Source of the DNA: Dehalococcoidia bacterium
GTDB taxonomy: Bacteria > Chloroflexota > Dehalococcoidia > Lucifugimonadales > Australimonadaceae
Length of the DNA stretch: 64,000 bases
NCBI GenBank assembly: GCA_965249185.1
Contig: CBDFLS010000002.1
Coordinates: forward strand, 461,594-525,593
Reading direction: 5' to 3'
The notes below the pieces were generated by a model, which searched no databases, was not told the DNA's origin, and worked only from the letters and a program-made list of their open reading frames with translations. The position numbers were made by a program, and so were the translations under genes. Shown one piece after another: positions 29,777 to 38,291 of this stretch (positions are counted from its first letter, which is position 1; each line of letters starts with the position of its first letter).

Positions 29777-30835
29777 GTGGTGCAATCCATCAATATAAGC
29801 GATGTAAACATCCAGAAGATCGAGCCTCTGGTGACTCCGAACGAGGTCATTGAGCAGCTCCCCATCACCCCCCCGATAGCGGACACCGTGTTCCAGGGCA
29901 GAGGGACTATCAAACGGGTCTTGGGCGGCGAGGACACCCGGTTTCTGGTCATTGTGGGCCCCTGCTCCATCCACGACGAGCATGCGGGTCTGGAGTACGC
30001 CCGGCGCCTTGCGGACCTGGCGGAGCGGCTGAACGACCGTCTCCTGCTGGTCATGCGGGTCTATTTCGAGAAGCCGCGGACCACCATCGGCTGGAAGGGC
30101 CTTATTTACGACCCGTGCCTGGATGGGACCTTTGACATCGGAACAGGTCTCCAGCGGGCCCGAGGCTTCCTTCTGCGGATCGGCGCCATGGGCCTTCCCG
30201 TGGCCACGGAGTTTCTCGACCCCGTCGTGCCCCAGTATTTGGCGGACCTGGTCTCCTGGGCCGCCATCGGCGCCCGGACCGTGGAGAGCCAGACCCACCG
30301 CCAGATGGCCAGCGGGTTGAGCATGCCCGTGGGATTCAAGAACAGCACCGACGGTAACTCGCAGTACGCCGTGGACGCGACGGTGTCGGCCCGGTCCCCC
30401 CACGCGTTTCTCGGCATAGACCGCGAGGGGCACACCTCCGCCGTTGTCACGAAAGGCAACCCCCATGGACACGTGGTGCTCCGGGGGGGCAGCCGGGGGG
30501 CCAACTACGCCGCCGGCAACATCGCCAAGGCGCAGGGGCAGCTTCGCGCGGCGGGCCTCCCGCCTCGGCTGATGGTCGATTGCAGCCACGGCAACTCGGA
30601 GAAGGACTACGCGCGTCAGGCCACCGTCTTCAGGGATGTCATCGCCCAGCGGCTGGCGGGGAACGCCGATATCGTCGGCTGCATGGTGGAGAGCCACCTC
30701 TTCCCCGGCAATCAGAAGCTCGCCGACGACCCGGCTCAGCTCAAGTACGGAGTGTCCATCACCGACTCCTGCATAGGCTGGGAGGAGACCGAATCCCTGC
30801 TGAGAGAGGCCCACGGCGCGTTGGCCGTCGGCTAA
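29777..30835 (+). CDS. 3-deoxy-7-phosphoheptulonate (DAHP) synthase, class I (AroF/G/H type)
   Basis: LVIVGPCSIHD, LLVMRVYFEKPRTTIGWKGLI.DP, ATEFLDP..PQYL.DL.SW.AIGARTVESQ.HR.MASGLS.PVGFKN.TDG, CSHGNS. GTG start. Confidence 0.9.
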   Translation: MVQSINISDVNIQKIEPLVTPNEVIEQLPITPPIADTVFQGRGTIKRVLGGEDTRFLVIVGPCSIHDEHAGLEYARRLADLAERLNDRLLLVMRVYFEKPRTTIGWKGLIYDPCLDGTFDIGTGLQRARGFLLRIGAMGLPVATEFLDPVVPQYLADLVSWAAIGARTVESQTHRQMASGLSMPVGFKNSTDGNSQYAVDATVSARSPHAFLGIDREGHTSAVVTKGNPHGHVVLRGGSRGANYAAGNIAKAQGQLRAAGLPPRLMVDCSHGNSEKDYARQATVFRDVIAQRLAGNADIVGCMVESHLFPGNQKLADDPAQLKYGVSITDSCIGWEETESLLREAHGALAVG

Positions 30836-30842
30836 GGCAGCG

Positions 30843-31805
30843 GTGAGCAATCTCTCCGAAGAGCTGTCCAGGGGCCGGCCCGCAGGGGCCACGGCGCTGA
30901 CCCTGGGCGTCTTCGACGGGGTCCATCGGGGCCATCAGCACCTGCTTGAGCGCCTTCAGGACGCCGCCTCCCAGCGCGGCCTCATCCCAGCGGTCGTCAC
31001 CTTCTCCAACCATCCCCGCTCGGTCCTCCGGCCCGAGGAGCCGTTGGTGTGGCTCACCTCCCTGGAGGACCGCCTCTCCTTGCTGCGGGCCACCGGCGTG
31101 GGGCAGGTGGTGCCCATCACCTTCACCAAGGAGCTTTCGCTGTTGAGCGCCGAGGAGTTCCTGGAGGAGCTGTGGGGGGGGCTGCGGATCACACACTTTG
31201 TGGTGGGGCCCGACTTCGCCATGGGCCACGACCGTGGGGGGACTATCCCCGTGCTACGGGAGCTGGCGGTGTCTCACCGGTTCTCCATGGAGGTGGTGGA
31301 GCCGTTCACGCTGGAGGGGGCGCCGGTCAACAGCACGGCTATACGCCAGGCCCTGGCCGGTGGCGAGGTGGAGCGGGTGGCCGATTACCTGGGCCGGCCC
31401 TTCCATCTCGCGGGAAGCGTGGAGCGGGGCGAGGGCCGGGGCGGCGCTGAACTGGGCTACGCCACGGTCAACCTGCGGCTCGACCCGTCCCAGGCGGTCC
31501 CCGCCCACGGCGTGTACGCGGGGTGGCTCACGGCGGACGGCCACCGCTACAAGGCCGCCGTCAGCATCGGCACGCGGCCCACGCTCTACACCGATGGCAG
31601 GGAGGTGGTGGAGGCGTTCCTTCTCGATTTCGAGGGCGACCTCTACGGACAGCAGGTGCGGCTGGAGTTCGTGGGCTGGCTCCGGGGCCAGGAGCGCTTC
31701 CCCACGGTGCAGGAGCTGACGGCCCAGATGCGCCGCGACGTGGAGGAGGTGCGGCTGCTTCTGGCCGCTCCGCCCACCGCCGGCGGCGGGCCTAAGGCGC
31801 CATAG
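30843..31805 (+). CDS. ribF: Bifunctional riboflavin kinase / FMN adenylyltransferase
   Basis: LTLGVFDGVHRGHQHLL, VVTFSNHP, VVGPDFAMGHDRGG, G.V.RGEGRG..LGYATVNL, GVYA, SIGTRPT, VEAFLLDFEGDLYG. Confidence 0.9.
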   Translation: MSNLSEELSRGRPAGATALTLGVFDGVHRGHQHLLERLQDAASQRGLIPAVVTFSNHPRSVLRPEEPLVWLTSLEDRLSLLRATGVGQVVPITFTKELSLLSAEEFLEELWGGLRITHFVVGPDFAMGHDRGGTIPVLRELAVSHRFSMEVVEPFTLEGAPVNSTAIRQALAGGEVERVADYLGRPFHLAGSVERGEGRGGAELGYATVNLRLDPSQAVPAHGVYAGWLTADGHRYKAAVSIGTRPTLYTDGREVVEAFLLDFEGDLYGQQVRLEFVGWLRGQERFPTVQELTAQMRRDVEEVRLLLAAPPTAGGGPKAP

Positions 31806-31821
31806 ACTCGAGGAGACTCCC

Positions 31822-33054
31822 ATGGCCATCCCAGATGCCGAAACGGTCCGCCGCATTATCCGCCGCGGCGTCTCCGAGATCATCGTCGAGGCGGAGTTCG
31901 TGCGCCTCCTCAAAGAGGGGAAGCCGCTGCGGCTGAAGATGGGGTTCGACCCCAGCCGCCCGGATATTCACCTGGGCCACGTGGTGGGCCTGCGCAAGCT
32001 GCGCCAGCTCCAGGAGCTCGGCCATCAGCTCATCCTCATCGTGGGCGACTGGACGGCCCAGATCGGCGACCCGTCGGGCGCCTCGGCGACCCGCCCCATG
32101 CTGACCGCCGGGGAGGTGCGGGCCAACGCCGAGAGCTATATGCGGCAGTTCTTCAAGGTGGTGGACCCCCAGCGGACCCGGGCCGTGTACCAGAGCGAGT
32201 GGTTCGGCGCTTTCACCCTGGCCAACGTCATCGAGCTCACCTCGCGCTTCACGGTGAACCAGTTCCTGCACCGGGACGACTTCGCCAAGCGCTACGCCGC
32301 CGGCCGGCCCATCGCCGTCACCGAGCTGCTCTACCCGCTGCTCCAGGCCTACGACTCCATCGCCATCGAGTCGGACGTGGAGTTCGGGGGCACGGACCAG
32401 AGGTTCAACCTGCTGGTGGGCCGGGACCTCCAGGAGAAGATGGGCCAGCGTCCCCAGCAGTGCTTCCTCATGCCCATGATCCCCGGCACCGACGGCGTCC
32501 AGAAGATGAGCAAGTCGCTGGACAACTACATCGCCGTGGAGGACCCGCCGGAGGAGATGTTCGGCAAGGTGATGTCGCTGCCGGACCCGCTCATCCTCAC
32601 CTACTTCGAGCTGCTGACGGACGTGCCCGACGGAGAGTTGAAGGAGATGAAGCGGGGGTTGGAGTCCGGCGGCGTCCGCCCCATGGAGCTGAAGAAGCGG
32701 CTCGGACGCGACATCGTGGGCCAGTTCCATCCGGCGAACGCCGCCACGCAGGCGCAGGAGGCCTTCGAGCGCGTGTTCCAGCAGCGCCAGGCGCCCGACG
32801 ACGTGCCGGAGCTGGCGGTGAGCGCCGCCACCGATGGCGTCCAGGCTGCCGACGGCGACGGCGCCACGGTGGAGGTGACGCGCTTTCTGGCCGCCACGGG
32901 GCTAGCGCCTAGCCGCAGCCAGGCGAAGCGCCTTCTGGACCAGGGGGCCGTGGAGCTGGATGGCCAGCGCGTCTCTCAGGAGACGGCCCGCGTGGCCTAC
33001 GGCGCCATCCTCAAGGTGGGCCGCCGCCGCTTCCTGCGTGTGGTTAAAGGCTAG
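31822..33054 (+). CDS. tyrS: Tyrosyl-tRNA synthetase
   Basis: HIGH-type PDIHLGHVVG, GDWTAQIGDPSG, LLQAYD, GGTDQRFN, KMSKS (VQKMSKSLDNYI), C-terminal S4-like domain. Confidence 0.9.
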   Translation: MAIPDAETVRRIIRRGVSEIIVEAEFVRLLKEGKPLRLKMGFDPSRPDIHLGHVVGLRKLRQLQELGHQLILIVGDWTAQIGDPSGASATRPMLTAGEVRANAESYMRQFFKVVDPQRTRAVYQSEWFGAFTLANVIELTSRFTVNQFLHRDDFAKRYAAGRPIAVTELLYPLLQAYDSIAIESDVEFGGTDQRFNLLVGRDLQEKMGQRPQQCFLMPMIPGTDGVQKMSKSLDNYIAVEDPPEEMFGKVMSLPDPLILTYFELLTDVPDGELKEMKRGLESGGVRPMELKKRLGRDIVGQFHPANAATQAQEAFERVFQQRQAPDDVPELAVSAATDGVQAADGDGATVEVTRFLAATGLAPSRSQAKRLLDQGAVELDGQRVSQETARVAYGAILKVGRRRFLRVVKG

Positions 33055-33084
33055 GGAGCGTGGTCAAAGGCTAGCGCTAAATCG

Positions 33085-33192
33085 GGGAGACCTCTTTTTC
33101 CAAAAGAGGTCTCCCGTACCCTTTCCAGAAAACCAACACTGAAGTTCTTTGCGGAGGGTGGGGAAGCACTCCGCGCAGAGCGGAGGGGTTCC
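33085..33192. repeat. Perfect 31-nt palindromic hairpin plus terminator-region repeat copy 2
   Basis: GGGAGACCTCTTTT-TCC-AAAAGAGGTCTCCC (33085-33115), then AAGTTCTTTGCGGAGGGTG (33142-33160) followed by hairpin ..CACTCCGC-GCAG-AGCGGAG.. Lies between convergent tyrS and nuoA. Confidence 0.7.
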
Positions 33193-33202
33193 GGGGTGTC
33201 GC

Positions 33203-33586
33203 CTACGTCCACTCCATGCCGCCGCGGCGCCACTCGTAGATCCAGCCCAGGATCAGCACAAACAGGAAGACACCGATGGCCGCGAAGCCGGCCCAGCCGA
33301 GGACGCCGACCCGAGTTGCCCACGGGAAGAGGAAGACCACCTCCACGTCGAAGATGACGAAGAGCAGCGCGTAACGGTAGTAGCGGACGTTGAACCGCTC
33401 CCACCGGCCGCCGCCGATGGTCTCCATCCCGCACTCGTAGGTGTCCTCTTTGATGGGGTTGGGCTTGTACGGCCGGATGCGCACTCTGGACGCCATCCAC
33501 GAGACGACCAGCAGGCTGCTGGGCACGATCAGCGCGACGATGCCGAAGATGAAGATGAAGCCGTACTGGCGGAAGTAGTCGTCCAT
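33203..33586 (-). CDS. nuoA: NADH-quinone oxidoreductase subunit A (NuoA/NdhC)
   Basis: 127 aa, 3 TM. YECGMETIG, RFNVRYYRYALLFVIFDVEVVFLFPWA. No other nuo genes adjacent. Confidence 0.85.
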   Translation of the reverse strand: MDDYFRQYGFIFIFGIVALIVPSSLLVVSWMASRVRIRPYKPNPIKEDTYECGMETIGGGRWERFNVRYYRYALLFVIFDVEVVFLFPWATRVGVLGWAGFAAIGVFLFVLILGWIYEWRRGGMEWT

Positions 33587-33645
33587 GGACCTTACGACCC
33601 TTAGTGGGGGCCTATACTAGTGACCGGCCTTAGTCGGGCCCCATG

Positions 33646-35799
33646 CTAGTGACTGTCCGGAGCGTCGTCAAGCGCGGTTGGCTCCGGCTCCAGACTCTCG
33701 TCCAGCAGCTCCAGCAGGTCCTTGGCCGAGCGGGTCTCGCGCATCCCCTTGGCGGTGATGCCCTCCTCCATCATCTGGAGACAGAAGGGACAGGAGACGC
33801 CCACCGTCTGCGCCTCCGTCTCCAAGAAGTGCTCGGTGCGGATGTGGTTCACCCGCTTGCCCTCCTCCTCCATCCACATGCGGCCGCCGCCAGCGCCGCA
33901 GCAGAAGCCCCGGTGGCGGGAGCGGTCCGGACCCATCTCCACCAGCCGCAAGCCGGGGATGGCGGCGGCGATCTCGCGGGGCGGGTCGTAGATATCGTTG
34001 TGGCGGCCCAGGTAACAGGAGTCGTGGTAGGCCACGGAGGTCTCCACCGAGCGGACGGGCCTGATCCGTCCATCCCTGATCAGCTCCGCCACGAACTCCG
34101 TGTAGTGCTGCACCCGAAAGCGGCCGCCGAGCTGTGGGTACTCGTTCTTGAGCGTGTTGAAGCAGTGGGGGCAGAGCGTGAGCACCCGCTGGACACCGTA
34201 GCGTTCCAGGGTCTCGATGTTCTGCTTGGCCAGCAGCGTGAACAGGTATTCGTTCCCCATGCGCCGGGCCGGGTCGCCGGTGCACGTCTCCTCGTCGCCC
34301 AGGACACGGAACTTCACGCCCGCCACCTTCAGCACTGATGCCATCGCCCTGGCGACGCCCTGGCTACGGGGGTCCAGAGCGGGCGTGCAGCCCACCCACA
34401 GCAGCACCTTGTGGTCCGGGTCGTCGGCCATGGTCTTCACGGCGGTCCCCTGCATCCAGTCGGTGCGGGTCGCCTGGGTGCCGCGCCAGGGGTGTCCCCG
34501 CTGCTCCATGGAGGACAGCGCGCTCATGGCCGTCTCGGGGACCTGGGCCTCCTCCAGCGCCAGGTATCGGCGCATGTCCACGATGGTGTCGATGTGCTCG
34601 ATGTGGACGGGACAGGCCTCCATGCAGGCGCGGCACGTGGTGCAGGCCCAGAGCGCCTCCGGCGTCACGAAGTCGTGGACCAGCGACCGCTCCGGGGGTG
34701 GCGGCTCGCCGTTTCCGGCCCGGAGGAGCGCCGGGGCTCGCTGCTCCATATACGCCTTGGCGTCCTGGATCAGCTTCCGTGGCGAGAGGGACTTGCCGCT
34801 GGCCCACGCCGGGCACTGGTCCTGGCAGCGGCCGCAGTTGGTGCAGGCATCGAAGTCCAGGAGCTGCTTCCAGGTGAACTGTGTCACCTCCCGGGCGCCG
34901 AAGCTCTCGAGCTGCTCCAGGTCCCCCATGGAACGCAGGGCCCCCTTGGGCCGGGTGACACTGGACCGCAGCAGGACGTTCACCGGGCTGACGAAGATGT
35001 GCAGCAAACTCCTGAACCGGTAGGCGGCGTAGACGAAGGTGGCCGACATGAGCGCCGCGTGGAACCACCAGAGGGCGAAGTGGGTCACCTGCATGCCGTA
35101 CACGCTGGCGCCGGCGCCCCGCAGCGCCAGGGCGATGACGTAGCTCACCGGCGACCAGCGGGCCCACTTGGGATGGTAAAGGAGGCTGCTGGGCTCCAAC
35201 TCCGTGGCCGCCATCCGCAAGGACTGGAGCAGGAAGCCAGTGAGCACCATGGCCATGATGAGCCCCAGGAACACGCCGTTCTCCAGCACCGTATTCAGGC
35301 GGGGCGGACGCTGGATGTAGCGGCGGTAGAGGGCGATGCTCAGCCCTATGAACAGCAGCAGCCCGCCGAAGATGTCCCACACCAGCTCCATCTGCAACGA
35401 CCAATGGACCGTCGGCGACTCGAATCCCAGGTACTTCTTGGCGTTGAACTCCAGGGCGCTGACGTTGGTGGCGATGAAGAGCACCACCATGCCCCAGAAG
35501 ATGCTGAAGTGCATGGCGCCGGGGAGCCATTCGCGCTTGAGGAACCGCCGGTGGGCGAGGGTATCGAGGAGCAGCACCCTGGCGCTGCCGCGCAGGCGCT
35601 GGCCCCACGGGCCCAGGTCGGGGTTGGGCCCGCCCAGCCGCCATATGCGCTGGCGTTGGTAGAGCCCCCAGACCACCGCGGCGACGGCGATGGCGGCGGT
35701 GATGTAGACAAAGGCCCCCAGAGGGTAGCCGATGTTCCAGAACTCGACGCGGCCTGGGAACTCGGGCACGGGACTCCTCACGAAGACGCCGATGTGCAC
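33646..35799 (-). CDS. Membrane-bound Fe-S oxidoreductase: NarI-like N-terminal membrane domain fused to an HdrD/GlpC-like module (2x[4Fe-4S] + 2 CCG domains)
   Basis: About 6 TM helices, then CTNCGRCQDQCP and CTTCRACMEACP (ferredoxin motifs). CCG-type cysteines VGCTP..CTGD and CPHC..DSCYLGR..CCGAGGG. GTG start. Confidence 0.75.
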   Translation of the reverse strand: MHIGVFVRSPVPEFPGRVEFWNIGYPLGAFVYITAAIAVAAVVWGLYQRQRIWRLGGPNPDLGPWGQRLRGSARVLLLDTLAHRRFLKREWLPGAMHFSIFWGMVVLFIATNVSALEFNAKKYLGFESPTVHWSLQMELVWDIFGGLLLFIGLSIALYRRYIQRPPRLNTVLENGVFLGLIMAMVLTGFLLQSLRMAATELEPSSLLYHPKWARWSPVSYVIALALRGAGASVYGMQVTHFALWWFHAALMSATFVYAAYRFRSLLHIFVSPVNVLLRSSVTRPKGALRSMGDLEQLESFGAREVTQFTWKQLLDFDACTNCGRCQDQCPAWASGKSLSPRKLIQDAKAYMEQRAPALLRAGNGEPPPPERSLVHDFVTPEALWACTTCRACMEACPVHIEHIDTIVDMRRYLALEEAQVPETAMSALSSMEQRGHPWRGTQATRTDWMQGTAVKTMADDPDHKVLLWVGCTPALDPRSQGVARAMASVLKVAGVKFRVLGDEETCTGDPARRMGNEYLFTLLAKQNIETLERYGVQRVLTLCPHCFNTLKNEYPQLGGRFRVQHYTEFVAELIRDGRIRPVRSVETSVAYHDSCYLGRHNDIYDPPREIAAAIPGLRLVEMGPDRSRHRGFCCGAGGGRMWMEEEGKRVNHIRTEHFLETEAQTVGVSCPFCLQMMEEGITAKGMRETRSAKDLLELLDESLEPEPTALDDAPDSH

Positions 35800-35984
35800 G
35801 CCGAGTGTAGCATACGCCAGCGTACCCCCATCTGTGTGTCCGACTCGCCATTTACGGCTTTCACCCAGCCTTGGCGGCTATGACAAGGAGCCGAATAATC
35901 ACGCCGGCCCCCACGGCGTAGGCGTGCAGTGATAGGAGGGCCTCTCCGGGCGGCGAGAGATGGCGGCCCTTTCTAAGTCGTTAG

Positions 35985-36013
35985 TTGACATTTTCGTAAG
36001 TCTCTGCTAAATA
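35985..36013 (+). promoter_or_regulatory. Candidate promoter giving a leaderless or near-leaderless arsR mRNA
   Basis: TTGACA (35985-35990), 17 nt spacer, TAAATA (36008-36013). The ATG at 36023 is only 9 nt beyond the -10 and has no SD. Confidence 0.5.
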
Positions 36014-36022
36014 AATCTCGTT

Positions 36023-36349
36023 ATGGAACTGGCGCTACAGGCCATCGCCGAGCCCCGCCGCCGCGAGATCCTCCGGCTCATCTGGGCCAGGGAGCTCCCG
36101 TCGGGCGAGATCGCCTCACACTTCGACGTCACCCGGCCGGCCATCTCCCAGCACCTGAAGGTCCTCACCACCGCCGGCCTGGCCACCATGCGCAAAGCGG
36201 GCACCCGCCGCCTCTACCGGGCCCGGCCCGAGGGGCTGGCGGAGCTCCGCATCTTCCTGGAGGAGTTCTGGGGAGACCGTCTGCAGCGGCTGGCCCAGGC
36301 GGCCGAAGCCCAAGAGCGGAGATTGCCAAGAGTGGAGGTTGAAGGATGA
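36023..36349 (+). CDS. ArsR/SmtB-family transcriptional regulator
   Basis: LQAIAEPRRREILRLI..ELPSGEIASHFDVTRPAISQHLKVLTTAGL..RKAGTRRLY is the ArsR wHTH signature. Confidence 0.85.
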   Translation: MELALQAIAEPRRREILRLIWARELPSGEIASHFDVTRPAISQHLKVLTTAGLATMRKAGTRRLYRARPEGLAELRIFLEEFWGDRLQRLAQAAEAQERRLPRVEVEG

Positions 36350-36819
36350 CATCGCACACCGAGAGTGAGGCGGTCGAGCAGACGGTCCGCATTCGCGCCC
36401 GGCCCGAGACGGTCTTCGGCTTCTTCACCGACGCCTCCAAGATGGCCCTGCGGAAGGGCGTCACCGCCAGCCTGGACCCCCGTCCCGGCGGCATCTACCG
36501 CGTGGTCATGAACAGCCGCGATACCGTCCGGGGCGAGTATGTGGAGGTGACGCCCCACAGCAAGGTGGTGTTCATCTGGGGCTGGGAGGGCGATGGTCAC
36601 CCCATCCCGCCGGGCTCCAGCACCGTGGAGGTCACCCTGACCCCGGACGGCGATGGGACCATCCTCCGGCTACGGCACGGGGGCTTGCCCGACCAGCAGT
36701 CGCGGGAGCTGCACGCAATGGGCTGGCAGCACTACTTGGCCCGCCTGCTCACCGCCGCCGCGGGAGGAGACCCGGGACCCGATACCCTGGCGGCCCAGGT
36801 GGACGCCGGGGCATCTTAA
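36346..36819 (+). CDS. SRPBCC/AHSA1-domain protein
   Basis: 4-nt overlap with arsR. IRARPETVFGFFTD, GGIYRV, GEYVEV.P.SKVVFIWGWEG, TVEVTLTPDGDGTILRL.H.G are typical of Aha1-like SRPBCC partners of ArsR regulators. Confidence 0.75.
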   Translation: MTSHTESEAVEQTVRIRARPETVFGFFTDASKMALRKGVTASLDPRPGGIYRVVMNSRDTVRGEYVEVTPHSKVVFIWGWEGDGHPIPPGSSTVEVTLTPDGDGTILRLRHGGLPDQQSRELHAMGWQHYLARLLTAAAGGDPGPDTLAAQVDAGAS

Positions 36820-36893
36820 GCGCTTCGCCGCGGCCAGACCGTCGCGGTCTGGCAAGCAAACCGCACCACGGCAAACGAGAAAGGGGGAGGATT

Positions 36894-37244
36894 ATGGCGA
36901 ATCCAGTTGTTCACTGGGAGGTCGTCTCCAAAAACGGCAAGAAGGCGCAGGAGTTCTATTCCAAGCTATTCGGGTGGGGCATCAACGCCGACAACCCCAT
37001 GGACTACGGCTTCGTGGACACCAGGGGCGACGGCGATCTGGGCATCAACGGCGGAATTCCCGGCGAGGGCGACCCGACGGGTGTGCGCATCTTCGTCCAG
37101 GTGGACGACCTGCAGGCCTACCTGGACAAAGCCGAGAGCATGGGCGGCAAGACGCTGATGCCCCCCATGGAGGTCCCCGGCATCGTCACGGTGGCTACCT
37201 TCTCCGACCCGGAGGGGAACACCATCGGGCTGGTGAAGGGCTAG
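36894..37244 (+). CDS. VOC/glyoxalase-family protein
   Basis: VVHWEV.SKNGKKAQEFYSKLFGW, GINGGI, IFVQVDDLQAYLDKAESMGGK.LMPP.EVPG...VATFSDPEGN.IGL. Confidence 0.8.
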   Translation: MANPVVHWEVVSKNGKKAQEFYSKLFGWGINADNPMDYGFVDTRGDGDLGINGGIPGEGDPTGVRIFVQVDDLQAYLDKAESMGGKTLMPPMEVPGIVTVATFSDPEGNTIGLVKG

Positions 37245-37249
37245 GACAG

Positions 37250-37432
37250 GGCGACCCTTCCCTTCGACTGCGCTCGTGGTGAGCGGGTTTATTTCCCGCT
37301 CATGGTGAGGTCCGATTTTATCAAGAGTCCGGCGTTGTCGGACCTCTCGAACCACGAGCGGGACTGATCAACCACAACGCTTACGCTCCGTTCGTCCTGA
37401 GGCACTCGAAGGACGACCCTTCGACAGGCTAA
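37250..37432 (-). repeat. Modular dispersed intergenic repeat, copy B (inverted relative to copy A), abutting the prophage junction
   Basis: The reverse complement of 37301-37360 equals 7202-7261 with 3 mismatches. Additional shared modules are in different order. Confidence 0.8.
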
Positions 37433-37483
37433 CGGTTAAGCCCTGTTTTGTAGCTAGCAGCCCACCACGGGTTGTAGCTAATG

Positions 37484-37553
37484 GGTGTTCTAAAAGGTGT
37501 TCCAAACAAGGGGGTGTTCCAAGTTTAGAACACCCCCCCCTTTTTGGAACACC
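37484..37553. repeat. Cluster of GGTGTTC(C/T)AA motifs forming nested inverted repeats / terminator-like hairpin at the prophage left end
   Basis: Direct copies at 37484, 37496 and 37513; inverted copies at 37528-37534 and 37546-37553; a sixth copy at 37743. GGGGGTGTTC-CAAGTTTA-GAACACCCCC is followed by CCCTTTTT. Confidence 0.8.
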
Positions 37554-37838
37554 CCAGTCCAGCTACGATTCCATCGACACCTGGAGGGCGGTTTGTGGCA
37601 TCTTGGCCCTAGCTGGGTCTAGCGCACTGTCGGAATTGCGCACCCGGATTGGCGACGTAGTCTCGTAGCCAAAAGCAAGCTGAAGGAAACGTCGCACCAG
37701 TTTGGTGCATATTTGCATAGCTAATTTCAAGCTCACACTTAGGGGTGTTCAAAAAATCGGGCCCCACGAGTAAAACCATTCTTCGACCCTGTTGCCATAA
37801 ACCCTGCCACGGGCGCATCTGACGCCAGTCGGGCGGTG

Positions 37839-38291
37839 TTATGGCTTGCACGCCGAGCCCGCTGGGACCCGTATATGTTGTCTTCCAGTCGCCAAAATGA
37901 ACAGAGTGGCATCACAGCCGACCCGCTGCACGTCAATGACTAACTGGTCTTCACTGCGAAACGTGATGAATGTAGGGCGTGAGCTGCCGGTCACGGTTGG
38001 AAAGAAGATCCATGCGAAATAAGGGCTGTCCACATCTTCAGCTAGGGCTGCCTTCAACTCGATTGGTTTGCCGTTTTCTATGGTGCTGAGTGTCCATAGC
38101 TCCCCACCGGTGGCCTTCACGAGATTCAGCGTCGTGAATGGTGGTCGCGGATTGGCGATAGTGAAGTCATCCATGGACATGCCGGCCTCAACTTTTGACT
38201 CGGCATCGAGATTTCCCCGAATGGTGGGTGTATCTTCGCAGGCGGCTAGCAGGACCATGGCGGCAATAACTAGCAGCGCATGGCGCCTCAT
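37839..38291 (-). CDS. Prophage lipoprotein, co-transcribed with the repressor (superinfection-exclusion candidate)
   Basis: MRRHALLVIAAMVLLAAC (signal peptide + lipobox). ATGA overlap with the repressor stop. Lower GC than surroundings. Confidence 0.7.
   Translation of the reverse strand: MRRHALLVIAAMVLLAACEDTPTIRGNLDAESKVEAGMSMDDFTIANPRPPFTTLNLVKATGGELWTLSTIENGKPIELKAALAEDVDSPYFAWIFFPTVTGSSRPTFITFRSEDQLVIDVQRVGCDATLFILATGRQHIRVPAGSACKP

Noticed and set aside
37380-37840. tRNA or tmRNA gene as prophage integration target
   Set aside because: No cloverleaf-compatible sequence was found by eye: no GTTCGAATC-type T-loop and no acceptor stem pairing. A tRNAscan-SE/ARAGORN run would settle it.
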